DNA of 64,000 nt from Octopus sinensis (GCF_006345805.1 NW_021833063.1:1-64000), one strand, 5' to 3'. Numbered from the stretch's first letter, positions 1 to 12,684 are shown. Notes: generated by a model from the sequence alone, not told the origin. A program made the numbers and translations.

Positions 1-1169
1 AGCCTGCTCGTGAAATTAACGTGTAAGTGGCTGAGCACTCCACAGACACGTGTACCCTTACGTAGTTTCGGGGATATTCAGCGAGTGACACAGAGAGTGA
101 CAAGGCTGGCTCCCTTTGAAATACAGGTACAACAGAAACACGAAGTAAGAGTGAGAGAAAGTTGTGGTGAAAGGGTACAGCAGGGATCACCACCATCCCC
201 TGCCGGAGCCTCGTGGAGCTTTAGGTGTTTTCGCTCAATAAACACTCACAACGCCCGGTCTGGGAAAGGAAACCGCGATCCTACGACCGCTTGTCTGCTG
301 CCCTAACCACTGGGCCATTGCGCCTCCACTGGTAAGGAGTATGGTACAAATCATTGGAAGCACTCCGTCGGTTACGACGACGAGGGTTCCGGTTGATCCG
401 AATCAACGGAACAGCCTGCTCGTGAAATTAACGTGTAAGTGGCTGAGCACTCCACAGACACGTGTACCCTTAACGTAGTTCTCGGGGATATTCAGCGTGA
501 CACAGAGAGTGACAAGACCGGCCCTTTGAAATACAGGTACAACAGAAACACGAAGTAAGAGTGAGAGAAAGTTGTGGTGAAAGAGTACAGCAGGGATCAC
601 CACCATCCCTGCCGGAGCCGCGTGGAGCTTTAGGTGTTTTCGTTCAATAAACACTCACAACGCCCGGTCTGGGAATCGAAACCGCGGTCCTACGACCGCT
701 TGTCCGCTGCCCTAACCACTGGGCCATTGCGCCTCCACTGGTAAGGAGTATGGTACAAATCATTGGAAGCACTCCGTCGGTTACGACGACGAGGGTTCCG
801 GTTGATCCGAATCAACGGAACAGCCTGCTCGTGAAATTAACTGTAAGTGGCTGAGCACTCCACAGACACGTGACCCTTAACGTAGTTCTCGGGGATATTC
901 AGCGTGACACAGAGAGTGACAAGGCTGGCCCAATAATACAGGTACAACAGAAACACAGAAGTAGAGTGAGAGAAGTTGTGGTGAAAGGGTACATCAGGGA
1001 TCACCACCATCCCCTGCCGGAGCCTCGTGGAGCTTTAGGTGTTTTCGCTCAATAAACACTCACAACGCCCGGTCTGGGAATCGAAACCGCGATCCTATGA
1101 CCACGAGTCCGCTGCCCTAACTACTGGGCCATTGCGCCTCCACTGGTAAGGAGTATGGTACAAATCATT
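1..1169 (-). repeat. Tandem array of three tRNA-derived SINE family A copies (period about 405-409 bp) joined by an identical 25-26 bp linker
   Basis: Copies at 1-329, 355-738 and 764-1143. Linker TGGTAAGGAGTATGGTACAAATCAT at 330, 739 and 1144. Same element as the solo plus-strand copy at 26452. Confidence 0.92.
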
Positions 1170-1273
1170 ACATATTGTAAATATAACATGCTTTTTCGCT
1201 GATTATAAGAGTATCATATCATGTCCATTGCTGATAAATCTAAAGAAACTAGGTGATGCTAGATGAGCGTATT

Positions 1274-1465
1274 TATTTCTTTATTGCACACAAGGGGCTA
1301 AACATAGAGGGGACAAACAAGGACATACAAAGGGATTAAGTCGATTACATCGACCCAGTACGCAACTGGTACTTATTTAATCGACTCCGAAAGGATGAAA
1401 GGCAAAGTCGACCTCGGCAGAATTTGAACTCATAACGTAGCGGCAGACGAAATACCTATTTCTTT
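1274..1465 (-). mobile_element. SINE family B unit (core + tail1), 5'-truncated within the tail of a preceding unit
   Basis: Matches the B consensus. Its 5' side reads AAAGAAATAGGTATTTCGTC (a unit junction) instead of the tRNA head. Confidence 0.85.
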
Positions 1466-1509
1466 AAATGGTGCTCCACCATGGCCGCAAGCAAATGAAG
1501 AATAAATGA

Positions 1510-1590
<81 letters not shown>

Positions 1591-1599
1591 ACTAGTTCA

Positions 1600-1945
1600 A
1601 ATCTTCTTTAAAACAAAAGACAATGACAGGCGAAGGAACAAGAAGTAGGTGAATTTTTTCGACACTCGGGAAGAATGGAAAAGTCATTGACGTTTCGAGC
1701 CTACGCTCTTCAACAGAAAGGTTTGAGAGGGAAAAATGGAGAAAGAGCGAAAAAATAAATAATAAAACGGTGAGAGAAACAAATGCGTAGGTGAGGGGGA
1801 AAAGGGAGTTGGTTAAAGGGCCTTTTGGATAATGGTGAGGCGATATCCAAGTAGAGTGAAGTGGTGATCCATGAGTTGAGACTGGGTTTCAGAGTTATGG
1901 TCATCACTGCAGAGCCGGCATAGAGGGAGGAATTGGGAGCAGGGA
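1600..1945 (-). mobile_element. Penelope-like fragment with a minimal hammerhead-like motif, between (ATCT)n and (TA)n tracts
   Basis: Minus strand 1720-1685 reads CTTT-CTGTTGA-A-GAGC-GTAG-GCTC-GAAAC-GTC-AATG. Confidence 0.5.
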
Positions 1946-1966
1946 ATATATATATATATATATATA

Positions 1967-2014
<48 letters not shown>

Positions 2015-2409
2015 TCTTTATATATAAAAGTCAAGTTGTGTGTCTGTCTCCTACGATTTAGATTCCTAACTACTCCCACATTTTGCGAAGCAGTTTAACC
2101 AAAAGTGGGTATCTTATAGTCGTGATTCATATCGAGCTCTTCTGGGTATTAGCGCGCGTCTACGATGAGTCTACGATTTAAAAAAAAAATTACCATAATT
2201 TTTTCCATTTTAATGCATTTTTTTCGCTATTATATAAGGGAAGTAACTCTCTAAAAATGTCTACGATGAGTCAACGATTAAAAAAAATTTACCATAATTT
2301 TTTTTCCATTTTTAATGCATTTTTTGGCTATTTTTTGGCTATAACTCTCTAAAACTGCTTATATAGTTATTTCCCTTACAAACCTGAGCAACGCCGAGCG
2401 ATACTGCTA

Positions 2410-2410
<1 letters not shown>
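2015..2410 (+). mobile_element. Non-autonomous Helitron, family H1, inserted in a (TA)n tract
   Basis: A|TC start (TCTTTATATATAAAAG), 3' hairpin-forming CCTGAGCAACGCCGAG, CTAG|T end, no TSD. Near-identical copy at 43916-44312. Confidence 0.82.
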
Positions 2411-2455
<45 letters not shown>

Positions 2456-2630
2456 AAGCACATAAATGTGAAGCAAGGTGGGAAAAAAGTAGTACTCTAA
2501 TACCGGAGGTAGAGTAATATCCTTTATTAATAAACTTGCAAAGACATCACGAAAACTGTTACTCGGAGTTTTACGTTCCCGTTCGTCGGTCAGTTTTGGT
2601 TGAGATTCTATACATGTATTAATATATATA

Positions 2631-2860
2631 TATTTCTTTACTACCCACAAGGGGCTAAACACAGAGGGGACAAACAAGGACAGACAAACGGATTAAGTCG
2701 ATTATATCGACCCCAGTGCGTAACTGGTACTTAATTTATCGACCCCGAAAGGATGAAAGGCAAAGCTGACCTCGGCGGAATTTGAACTCAGAACGTAACG
2801 GCAGACGAAATACGGCTACGCATTTCGCCCGGCGTGTTAACGTTTCTGCCAGTTCACCGC
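2631..2860 (-). mobile_element. SINE family B (head + core + tail1)
   Basis: A box TGGCAGAAACGTT, B box GAGTTCAAATTCC, core GCCTTTCATCCTTTCGGGGTCGAT. Confidence 0.9.
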
Positions 2861-3161
2861 TTTATGTATTAATATATATAACTGGTCTATAACTGACGAA
2901 GGATTCAGCTTTTCTGCGTCTATTGCCCCCGCGCATATTTTCTGGATTTTTTGCCGTATGTCCTGTTGTCGTCCCTTACTCTTTGTTACATTTTTATTGA
3001 TAATATTAAAATGGTTTTTTTACTTGTCAACTGCCATGGCGAAGAAAGGATTATTTGAACTCAGAACGTAAAGACGGACGAAATGTCGCTAAGCATTTTG
3101 TTCGGCGCGCTAACGATTCTGCCAACTTTCCGCTTAATAAAAAAAGAACAAAACTCCTAAA

Positions 3162-3203
3162 CGTCCCTGGTTGGGTTCGAACCTCTAACTTTTCGATCAA
3201 CAC
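3162..3203 (-). pseudogene. tRNA-Asn 3'-half remnant
   Basis: Minus strand GTGTTGATCGAAAAGTTAGAGGTTCGAACCCAACCAGGGACG resembles the anticodon and T arms of metazoan tRNA-Asn(GTT), which ends ...GGTTCGAGCCCACCCAGGGACG. T-runs follow. The 5' half is not recognisable. Confidence 0.55.
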
Positions 3204-3990
3204 CATTTATAATTCCAGAAACATCAATTAAACTTTTCTGTCTTCATATTGGTATTTCTCAGTTGGAGAACCATACAGTTTTTACAACGCTGATAATGTG
3301 AACAAATTAGAATTATTAACGGACACATACTCAGACAGTATCGACAATCAAACTGTAATCTTTTATTCAAAGACACACACAAAGATATAATAAGTATTAC
3401 AAATACAAACGTGAAACGAATGACCACCAAAACGGACTTCAATTCCTAATCTATTGTATCTATTTCATCTAACCTAACCTGTCTGCGTTTCAACTATATT
3501 ATTTCTAACCTTAACACTAACTAACACAGTTGCAGAACGATCAAGTACATAAAAATCGCATCTTTGTTTCTACAATGGGTGGTAATAAAAGATTTGTCTG
3601 GGTTAGCTTAACTCTCAATTGAAAGACAATTGCTCTGAAATATATTATCACAAAGGAATTTGATGTCTCTACAGGAATTAAACCCAAACAAAGGAGGCTG
3701 TTGCAGTTGCTATATACAGTCTTTCATATTCCTTCGTTTTGTTATCATTTAACATTTAAAATGTAAAATAATTAAATTAAATGTTTTCTTTTGCTGTGTT
3801 TTGGTTGTAAAAATATGAACTTACTATGAAAACTATTTTTTGTTATTGTGCGGTTTTTAAATACAAAATAACGATTATACACTTCCTTTAGAATGTATCT
3901 TTCGTCTATTTTAATTTTAAATACAAAATAATTATTTACTTCCTTTGAAAATGCATCTTTGTGTTTTGATTATAAATCTCTCTCTATATA

Positions 3991-4217
3991 TATTTCATTA
4001 TTGCCCACAAGGAGCTAAACACAGAGGGGACAACCAAGGACAGACAAAGGGCTTAAGTCGGTTACATCGACCCCAGTGCGTAACTGGTACTTAATTTATC
4101 GACCCCGAAAGGATGAAAGGCAAAGTCGACCTCGGCGGAATTTGAACTCAGAACGTAGCGGCAGACGAAATACGGCTACGCATTTCGCCCGGCGTGCTAA
4201 CGTTTGTGCCAGCTCGC
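3991..4217 (-). mobile_element. SINE family B (tail1)
   Basis: Full match to the B consensus. Confidence 0.9.
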
Positions 4218-4603
4218 TATATAAAGCTGAAGTTGTCTGTGTGTGGCAGGTTTGGTAGCCTTCAACTAACACTATCTCCTCCGAGACCCTGCGGCGCAAG
4301 TTGACCAAAATTGAATGTATGATAGAAGAAGGCTTGCTCTTCATTCCGTAGCAGATAAAATTCAAATCCGACCTTGTTAAGACCAAAATTATTTACACCA
4401 AAAAGGTGCTTTTTTTCTATGAAAACCCCGATTTTTTAACGATTTTTTTTTACTGCTGTGTCGCCATTTTTCGGTGTATTTCAACCAGAAAAATGTTCAC
4501 TTAAAGAGAATAACAAGCTACATAATGCAAAAGTTTTACTTTTCAAAAATTCCAATTCTAAAGGGTCGAAACAAACCCGAGTAACGCCGGGCGATACTGC
4601 TAG
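4217..4603 (+). mobile_element. Non-autonomous Helitron, family H2
   Basis: Starts CTATATAAAGCTGAAGTTG and ends ACAAACCCGAGTAACGCCGGGCGATACTGCTAG|T. Second copy reversed at 28676-29061. Confidence 0.78.
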
Positions 4604-4993
4604 TGCAAAATAAAAATGACTTAATGCCATGATGCCTTTTCCATGCGCTGCTCCCAGTCCTAACTATTGACTCTAGCTGCACAAGGCTTAGCTTTTTGGC
4701 GCACGAATCTTATTTTATAGATCACGGAGGGACGAAAGATAAAGTTAACTTCGATTCAGTACTATTTGAACTCAGAACATAATGAGCCGTAACCACATAG
4801 TGCAAGGTATTTTGTCCGGCGCTTTGCCAACCCAACTCCCTATATACGTTAAAAATCCTTTCTACTATAGGCACAAGGCCTGAAATTTAGGAGAAGGGGT
4901 TAAGTCGATTAAATCGATCCCAGTACTCAACTGGTACTTAATTTATCAATTCTGAAGGATGAAAGGACATCTTATTGTGACAGACATCTTATT

Positions 4994-5780
4994 TTAAGCC
5001 ATTGCTTGCTATGAGCCCCATTAGGGGATCTGTTAAAAAGCAGTCTCATTGCCGGTTGTTCGTTGTATTCAGAGTGAATTACTTATGTACATACGAGGTG
5101 TGTTTTTTTTCATCTAGTTTCTGCTCACGATCTGTGGCCATGCTGGGACATCGCCATTTGGTGTTGCTACATAATTTTACTTCACGAATGCTTTTTAGCA
5201 ATTGACATTTGGTGCATGACAGAGTTTGATGCAATTGCTCTCATCTGCACCTCCTGCCGCGAGGTTGGTTCTTCTGGGACACCTGACAGGAAGAGGTCCA
5301 GCTTTATTTTGAAGACACCTATATCCACCCATGCAGGTCTCTCAGGTCCTTCGGGAGGATATTGAAGAGCTGTGGACTTCTGAAGCCCAGGCTATTGCAG
5401 TATCTTGTCCTACATCTTGATGGCAAATTTGGAGTCCTTGGCACTATGTTGTGGAGCCCAGTTCTAGTATTTGTGTAACTCTCGATGCCAAACTTTTGGA
5501 ACAAGTCCTTCCAGGATCTTCCAGATAATATTTCATACACATTCGCATTTGATACTACAGCTTTGAAAAAAAAAGCTAAGATGTTTACTATTGCAATTGA
5601 ATAGAAAAGGATAAATATGCTTTTTTCAGCGATCCCCATTTGGGACTTTTCGAAATAATTATCATAATTTCCAAAATAATTCACATATGAAGAAAATTTA
5701 AATACTCTTTATTTTAACTCCTAAGACACTTGGCAAAGCCAAAAAATATGAATAAAAAAATTTGTCAGTGAATGGGTTAA
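4994..5780. mobile_element. piggyBac-like MITE (TTAA...GGG-TTAA) carrying a LINE fragment
   Basis: TTAA at both ends. Both arms are homologous to the copy at 35328-35839, which lacks the LINE. Confidence 0.6.
5215..5522 (-). mobile_element. CR1-group LINE ORF2 C-terminal remnant
   Basis: Translates, with a frameshift, to NSLGFRSPQLFNILPKDLRDLHG..FKIKLDLFLSGVPEEP...RAIASNSL. Confidence 0.7.
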
Positions 5781-6061
5781 TCAATGCTGCTTTCTACCAA
5801 TATCTGTTTCGCCTGGTTACTTATTCCATCCGTTACTTTTCTCTCGTATCGTTCCTGAACCCTTTCCCAGAAGTGAATACTTTAAATTGCCTTTTCTCAA
5901 GTGTTTTTCTTGAAACATTACCGCTCACGTTTCCGCATGACATTCAAATTTACCATATCATTACAGTAGCGTAGCCTCATTCTAAAGGTAAGGGGAACGA
6001 GCACATAAAAAAAAAGATTTCGCGACACATGCCAAACAATCTTATATTAGTTATAACATGT

Positions 6062-6429
6062 GGCACTCCGTCGGTTAAGACGACAAGGGTTCCATTTGAA
6101 CCGATCAATGGAACAGCATGCTCGTGAAATTAACGTGCAAGTGGCTGAGCTCTCCACAGACACATGTACCCTTAACGTAGTCCTCGGAGAGATTCAGCGT
6201 GACACAGTGTGTGACAAGGCTGGCCCTTTGAAATACAGGTACAACAGAAGCAGGAAGAAAGAGTGAAAGAAAGTTGTGGTAAAAGAATACAGCAGGGTTC
6301 GTCACCACCCAATGCCGGCGCCTCGTGGAGCTTTAGGTGCTTTCGCTCAATAAACACTAACAACGCCCGGTCTTGGAATCCTTTAACCGTGAGTCCGCTG
6401 CCCTAACCACTGGGCCATTGCGCCTCCAC
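6062..6429 (-). mobile_element. SINE family A (diverged)
   Basis: Homologous to the units in 1-1143 along its whole length. Confidence 0.9.
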
Positions 6430-6746
6430 AGTTCGAATATACATACTTGTAGTCACATTCATTAATTTCATATTTCAGTAACACTCTCATTATGTATGAA
6501 ACTTACAAGTATTGATAAAAGTATGATGCGAAAATGATGAAACTCTAAGGGATCGTCCAGTGTTGATAGATTATGACGTCCGGGTTTGTTTTGTTTCTTT
6601 TGATGTCAGCGACCACCAACACATCACATGGCATTAAGCAGACAGTTCAAAAACTCTGGAGGTTGGCCAAAGAAAGTAATGATTCCAGAAGGTTCTACCA
6701 AGACCATTCATTGTTTCACAGTATATTCATATATTGAAAATATATA

Positions 6747-7391
6747 TAGGCGCAGAAGTGAGAGAATAGGCGTAGCTTACTTCCCAACCACATGGTTCCG
6801 GGTTCAGTCCCACTGCATGGCACCTTGGGCAAGTGTCTTGTACTATAGCCTCGAACCGACCAAAGCCTTGTGAGTGGATTTGGTAGACGGAAACTGAAAG
6901 AAGCCCGTCGTATATATATATATATATATATACGACGTTACGTTCTGTCGTTACGTTCATAGTTCAAATTCCGCCGAGGTCAACTTTGCCTGTCATCCTT
7001 TCGGGGTCGATAAATAAAGTACCAGTTTCGCACTGGGGCGATATAATCGACCCAATCCCTTCGTCTGTCCATGTTTGTCCCCTCTATGTTTAGCCCATTC
7101 TGGGCAGTCAAGAAATATATATATATACGTGTGTGTGCGTGCGTGCGTGTGTGTGTGTGTGTGTATTTGCATGTTTGTATGTTTCTGTCTGTATTTGCAC
7201 CCCAACCATCGCTTGACAACCAATGCTGGTGTGTTTATGTCCCCGTCACTCTAGCGGTTCGGCAAAAGAAACCGATATAATAAGTACGAGGCTTACAAAG
7301 AACAAGTCCTGGGAGGATCGATTTCTTCGACTAAAGGCAGGCGGGGCTCCAGCATGGCCGCAGTCAAATGACTGAAACAAGTAAAAAGAAT
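6747..7391 (+). mobile_element. SINE family C (CORE-type) with a family B copy inserted in its internal microsatellite (about 6945-7118)
   Basis: Head ATAGGCGCAG...GGTTCAGTCCC, CORE-like GGCACCTTGGGCAAGTGTCTT, tail GACTGAAACAAGTAAAAAGA. Confidence 0.85.
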
Positions 7392-7817
7392 AACCTTGCC
7401 GGGAAGTACGTTCCAATTTTCCGGAAATTTGCGAAGATAACAGAAATACCGGTTTTAAGCGCATTAACCTCATACTAATTTCCGCTTAACACGACCGGAT
7501 TTTCACGAAATTTTAGCCGCTTATCGAAAACGGTGCACGGCTTTAAGTAAGTAACGACCTACTTATTGCTATCTCTTGCAAAGCTCATTTGTATACAGGT
7601 ATACAGGTAATACTATAATTCACCCCTTAGTCATTTTCTGCATACGGATGTTATTCATTTACAACCTTGACACCTTCATGTAAAAACCTGTATTGTCTTC
7701 GTAAACATGAATGTTAAAAATAATTCACGAATGAATGAAACAACAATCTTATCTGTTAGCGACACAGGACATAATTACTGCATTTTATGTCTCGTCATAT
7801 CTGGTAAATAAATAAAT

Positions 7818-8281
7818 AAATACGCCCTTTTAAAGCCTAGCCAGGAATCATGAGCCCGGTTTCCCGGTTTCTATGGCGTATGTATTCCCCAGCTGAACGG
7901 GACGCCAGTCCATCGCAGCGTTACTCATTTTTGCCAGCTGAGTGGACTGGAGCAACGTGAAATGAAGTGTTTTGCTCAAGAACACAACGCATTGCCCAGT
8001 CCAGGGATCAAAGCCACAATCTTACGATCATCACGCCGGGCGAAATGCGTAGCTGTATTTTATCTGCCATTACGTTCTGAGTTCAAATTCCGCCGAGGTC
8101 GACTTTACCTTTCATCCTTTCGGGGTCGATTAAATAAGTACCAGTTACGCACTGGTGTCGATATAACCGACTTAATCTGTTTGTCTGTCCTTGTTTGTCC
8201 TCTCTGTGTTTAGCCCCTTGTGGGTAGTAAAGAAATAGATCATGGTACTGACACCCTAACCACTAAGCCACGCGCCTCCAC
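7818..8281 (-). mobile_element. SINE family F (CORE body + V-like tail) split by a family B insertion at about 8031-8238
   Basis: Tail and body at 7818-8030, tRNA head at 8239-8281. GATCAT lies on both sides of the B insert. Confidence 0.8.
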
Positions 8282-8475
8282 CGTCATATCTGGTATTGAT
8301 GGTTAAACCGTCAAAGTTCTTTAGAAATACCAGGTTTCAGTTCTTGTGCTGTAATGCGGCGGCTTGTGTACCAGTGGCATATGGTGGTTGTTGTATCGGG
8401 TATTCTGCCACGCCCAGTGCCACCAAATTTCAAGCAGGGGTATAACAAAAGTTTTGCATTAAGATTTGTGATTAC

Positions 8476-8890
8476 ATAGGAGTGGCTGTATGGTAAGTAG
8501 CTTGCTTACCAACCACATGGTCCCGGGTTCAATCCCACTGCGTGGCACCTTGGGCATGTGTCTTCTACTATAGCCTCGGGCCGACCAAGGACTTGTAAGT
8601 GAATTTGGTAGACGGAAACTGAAAGAAGCCCGTCGTATATATGTATATATACATATACATATTTGCGTGTGTGTGTGTGTGTATGTTTGTGTGTCTGTAT
8701 TTGTCCCGCAACATCGCTTGACAACCGATGCTGGTGTGTTTACGTTCCCGTAACTTAGCGGTTCGGCAATAGAGACTGATAGAATAAGTACTAGGTTTAC
8801 AAAGAATAAGTCCTGGGGTGGATTTGCTCGACTAAAGGCGGTGCTCCAGTATGGCCACAGTCAAATGACTGAAACAAGTAAAAGAGTAAA
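8476..8890 (+). mobile_element. SINE family C
   Basis: Full-length match to the C consensus. Confidence 0.9.
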
Positions 8891-10959
8891 TTAATGAAGG
8901 AGTAAGGTTAATGTATATAATGAATTTGCCATTTTCAATGGGTTTGCAGCCATATTAATGTAATAACCATTCGTTCATCTGACCCCAATCAGATTGTGTT
9001 GTCTCATTCTATGTTGTCCCCTTGTGGGAAGTAAAAAAAGATCAACTTTCCATCCATTGGAGAGAATTCCTGCTTAAAGCCAAACGTTGCTGGCGTTCCG
9101 GGCAAAATTATTTTCGAGGACCTTAAAAATACTTTCACGAAAAGCAAAATCTGCAAATGTTTTATTAAAAACACTGTTCATTTTCTTTATTATTTTCCCA
9201 TATCATTCTTTTTTCGAAGATTACATATGCCTAACGTGGTATCCCTTTGGTATGAACGTTCCGAGCGATTGCCCGTGATGGCTGTAATGCCTTCATCCGC
9301 TCTCCGTCCAAATATTCCGATTCCTCCTTAAAGCCAGAAAATGTTTCAGCCCATATCAATTGCAGATTCTACAAATTTTAAATGAGATTCCTGCTGGAAT
9401 ACTTCACCCACATTTGGGATTGAGACTTCGTATTGGCAGACTCTTTAGTGGGTGGGATAAAACGCCTCGCGATATTTGTTCCGACTCACCGCGTTTTGAG
9501 TTCAAATTACCCCAAGGTCAACATTTCCTTACACACCATTTTTTATTTTTACCTTTTTACTTGTTTCAGTCATCAGACTGCGGCCATACTGGAGCATTGC
9601 CTTGAAGAATTTTTAGTCGAAAGAATCTTTTTGATTTGTATCATTTAGCCAGGAGGAAAAAGCAGTGTCCATGACCCTTTCTAGGGTATCGAAGACGCTT
9701 TGAATGTAATGAAGAATATGTTCAAACCTGTCCAAAATGCTTGGAACATAGTGGACTACACTATAGGCATTCAAGAACAAATTAGCTGTTTGCCATTTCC
9801 ACACGGTCCTTTCTTCCTCTCGCCACCCCACATAAAACCTTTTGCTCGTTCTATCCTCCTCAGAATGTCAGTCTTCTAGAGTTCCCTTCCCGGCCACGTC
9901 TTTGTAAATGTCGACCTGTTGATATTCAAACAGTACTTCATCTATATTACTAATTGCTGCTAAGGATATAGTATTTTGTTTTGCAACCATAATATACTAT
10001 ACCAAACGTGCGGATTTCAAATTTTGGCTCAAGGCCAGCATGTTTGGAGGACTCGACTTGTACTTATTTTATCGACCCCGAAAGGAATGAAAGGCAAAGT
10101 TGACCTCGGTTGGAATTTGGACTCAGAACGCAAAGACGGACGAAATGCTGCTAAGCATTTTGTCCGACGTGCTAACTATTTTGCAAGCTCAACGCCTTAT
10201 ATACTTGTATGTATATTATAAGCCTATATGTCAATATTGTGCCTCACCTGTGTTAATAGTGCTATTAAATCACTTTTTAAAGTCATCTTTATAGAAAATC
10301 TGTGGAATTAACTTTAAAAAGTGATCAACTGCGTTAATCTCATCAGTCGTATCGAGATATCGAAAATAATGGCATTACTCCTCCATTGTATCTCAACATC
10401 TTAACAAAGCTAATTTACTTACATACATTACTTACATACAGAGAGAAGTTTGTGAGATGGTTTGTGGGCAAAATCTGCCTATGTTCTCATGAAATAGCTC
10501 TCAATTTCCGGGAGAAAGAAGACCAGAGCCCCCAAGACAATTGCAGAAACAGTTGAGAAGAGTTCCAACGTGATCTGGCCAAAGAAGAATGAAAGTGAAT
10601 TTCAGAAGGTATAATCTACCTTACGTCCAAGGTGTCTTGGCTCGGGGGTACCTTAGCTATCTATGAGGATAGCAATGGAAAGCGTAGAATAGAATGTGGC
10701 AGCAGAGGATTATTGAGGAGTCATGACCTGGAATGCGACTCGGCCCCCTTAAAGGGGTTACGAGCTGAAACACTTGCATGATTGGGAAAGGGACTTCTTC
10801 TTTGAAAACCTTCGTTGTTCAACTCTCCCTAGAGTTTCTTACAAGTTTCTACCAGTCGAACCGTTCAGTGAGTTTTGAATCTGAACCATTTTTGTGTTTA
10901 TCACCAACAACCGACTGGCATCCGGTGTTTTGCATCAGAATCTTCTGAATTCGGAGATT

Positions 10960-11210
10960 GACACACAAACCTCAACATGAGGTTGCAAAAACAGTAGTAT
11001 CTTTTTTTTTTTTTTACTTTTCAGTACAAACTTTAATTTTTGATAAAATTTAAAAAAACGTTTGTTTAGATAAATCCAGTTCAAGAAAGTATCAAGCGGG
11101 CCGCAAGACAAAAGTCTGTCTGCAAGCCTCAGGTTGCCCAGCTCTGATCTAGATCAAATAACAAGCTTTTGAATGTAGCTCGGTCCGGATTTTTAAGTAG
11201 AAAATTAACA
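10960..11210. mobile_element. Partial hAT MITE plus shared flank, paralogous to 15596-15840
   Basis: Shares AAGTATCAAGCGGGC...CAGGTTG(G/C)CCAGCTCTG and about 60 bp of downstream flank. Confidence 0.65.
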
Positions 11211-11278
11211 TTCGACCACGGTTATATTTACGACAACCACCAAACTGAGCCTCATCAATCTGTATAGGATTTATGCAC

Positions 11279-11680
11279 TGGCTGTGTGGTAAGTAGCTTG
11301 CTAACCAACCACATGGTTTCGGGTTCAGTCCCACTGCGTGGCATCTTGGGCAAGTGTCTTCTGCTATAGCCCCGGGCCGACCAATGCCTTGTGAGTGGAT
11401 TTGGTAGACGGAAACTGAAAGAAGCCTGTCGTATATATGTATGTATATATATATATAGGTGTGTATGTTTGTGTGTCTGTGTTTGTACCCCTAGCATTGC
11501 TTGACAACCGATGCTGGTGTGTTTACGTCGCCGTCACATAGCGGTTCGGCAAAAGACGCCGATAGAATAAGTACTGGGCTTACAAAGAATAAGTCCCGGG
11601 GTCGATTTGCTCGACTAAAGGCGGTGCTCCAGCATGGCCGCAGTCAAATGACTGAAACAAGTAAAAGAGTAAAAAAGAGT
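11279..11680 (+). mobile_element. SINE family C
   Basis: Match to the C consensus. Confidence 0.9.
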
Positions 11681-11876
11681 ACACGCTAACACAAGCCAAT
11701 CATTTGACCCCTCGTTTGGTGATATTATCACGCTACAAACTTCGACACATATTAAACCAGTTTGTAATAGTATTAGGTGACTTTCCAGTAAAGGTTACTG
11801 TAGTACTCATAAGGATTTCGTGAATACATACTCAATCTGCTATTGCACTTGCCATTTAAATTGGTATAGTGGAAAA

Positions 11877-12113
11877 GGCGACGAGCTGGCAGAAACGTTA
11901 GCACGCCGGATGAAATGCTTAGCGGTATTTCGTCTGCCGTTACGTTCTGAGTTCAAATTCCGCCGAGGTCGACTTTGCCTTTCATCCTTTCGGGGTCGAT
12001 AAATTAAAGTACCAGTTACGCACTGGGGTCGATGTAATCGACTTAATACCTATGTCTGTCCTTGTTTGTCCCCTCTATGTTTAGCCCCTTGTGGGTAATA
12101 AAGAAATAGGTAT
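11877..12113 (+). mobile_element. SINE family B (tail1)
   Basis: Match to the B consensus, ending GAAATAGGTAT. Confidence 0.9.
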
Positions 12114-12620
12114 AATGGAAAAACTGATTTCCTTCCCGAACTGAGCAATATGCTTAGCACCCTTTTTTCGGACATCTCAATATTGACCCGGAATTCTCCC
12201 GTTCTATTCCTCTTGCTTTTTTCTTGCATTTGTGTTCCGCACTTATTACAAGGAGATACATTTCCTACCTGGTCAATAACACTTTGTCTCTCTCTGAAAG
12301 GACATCACTTCATCTTCACTTCAGACTCTTTTGTAAAAGTCTGACCAGCGTGGTGCTAGTGTGAACAACTAAATGGGCTAGAATTAATTACTGAAGGCCG
12401 TAAGTGGGTTGTTTGGTTGAGTGCGTTGTCATTTACGGTAGGTCGCAAATAGCAAGGTCGATATAATACTATAGTAGCACCCAATATTTAAATAATCGTT
12501 TTTATACAATTCTTAATAATATTCAATTTTAAGATTTTACAGGATTTTTTTAAAACATCGAATGGCTAGGATGGTCCACCCGAGTAAAATAGGAATCAAA
12601 GGGATCCATTTATAATAATG

Positions 12621-12668
<48 letters not shown>

Positions 12669-12684
12669 TAATAATAATAATAAA

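Noticed and set aside
330-1169. CRISPR-like appearance (identical 25-bp repeat at regular spacing)
   Set aside because: The intervening ~380-bp segments are near-identical SINE copies rather than unique spacers. The context is eukaryotic and there are no cas genes.
3224-3442. Apparent signal peptide + KR + Cys-rich peptide (toxin-like)
   Set aside because: The start is TTG, there is no convincing acceptor, and AT-rich DNA readily gives hydrophobic runs. No supporting exon.
4076-4258. Recurrent short ORFs MRNWYLIYRPRKDERQSRPRRNLNSER and MTTDAGVFTSP at many loci
   Set aside because: Chance frames within SINE B and C copies, variably broken by stops and indels.
9650-9950. Possible integrase zinc-finger remnant (EEYVQTCPKCLEH)
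   Set aside because: A single weak motif among stops, with no recognisable catalytic core. A BLASTX hit would be needed.
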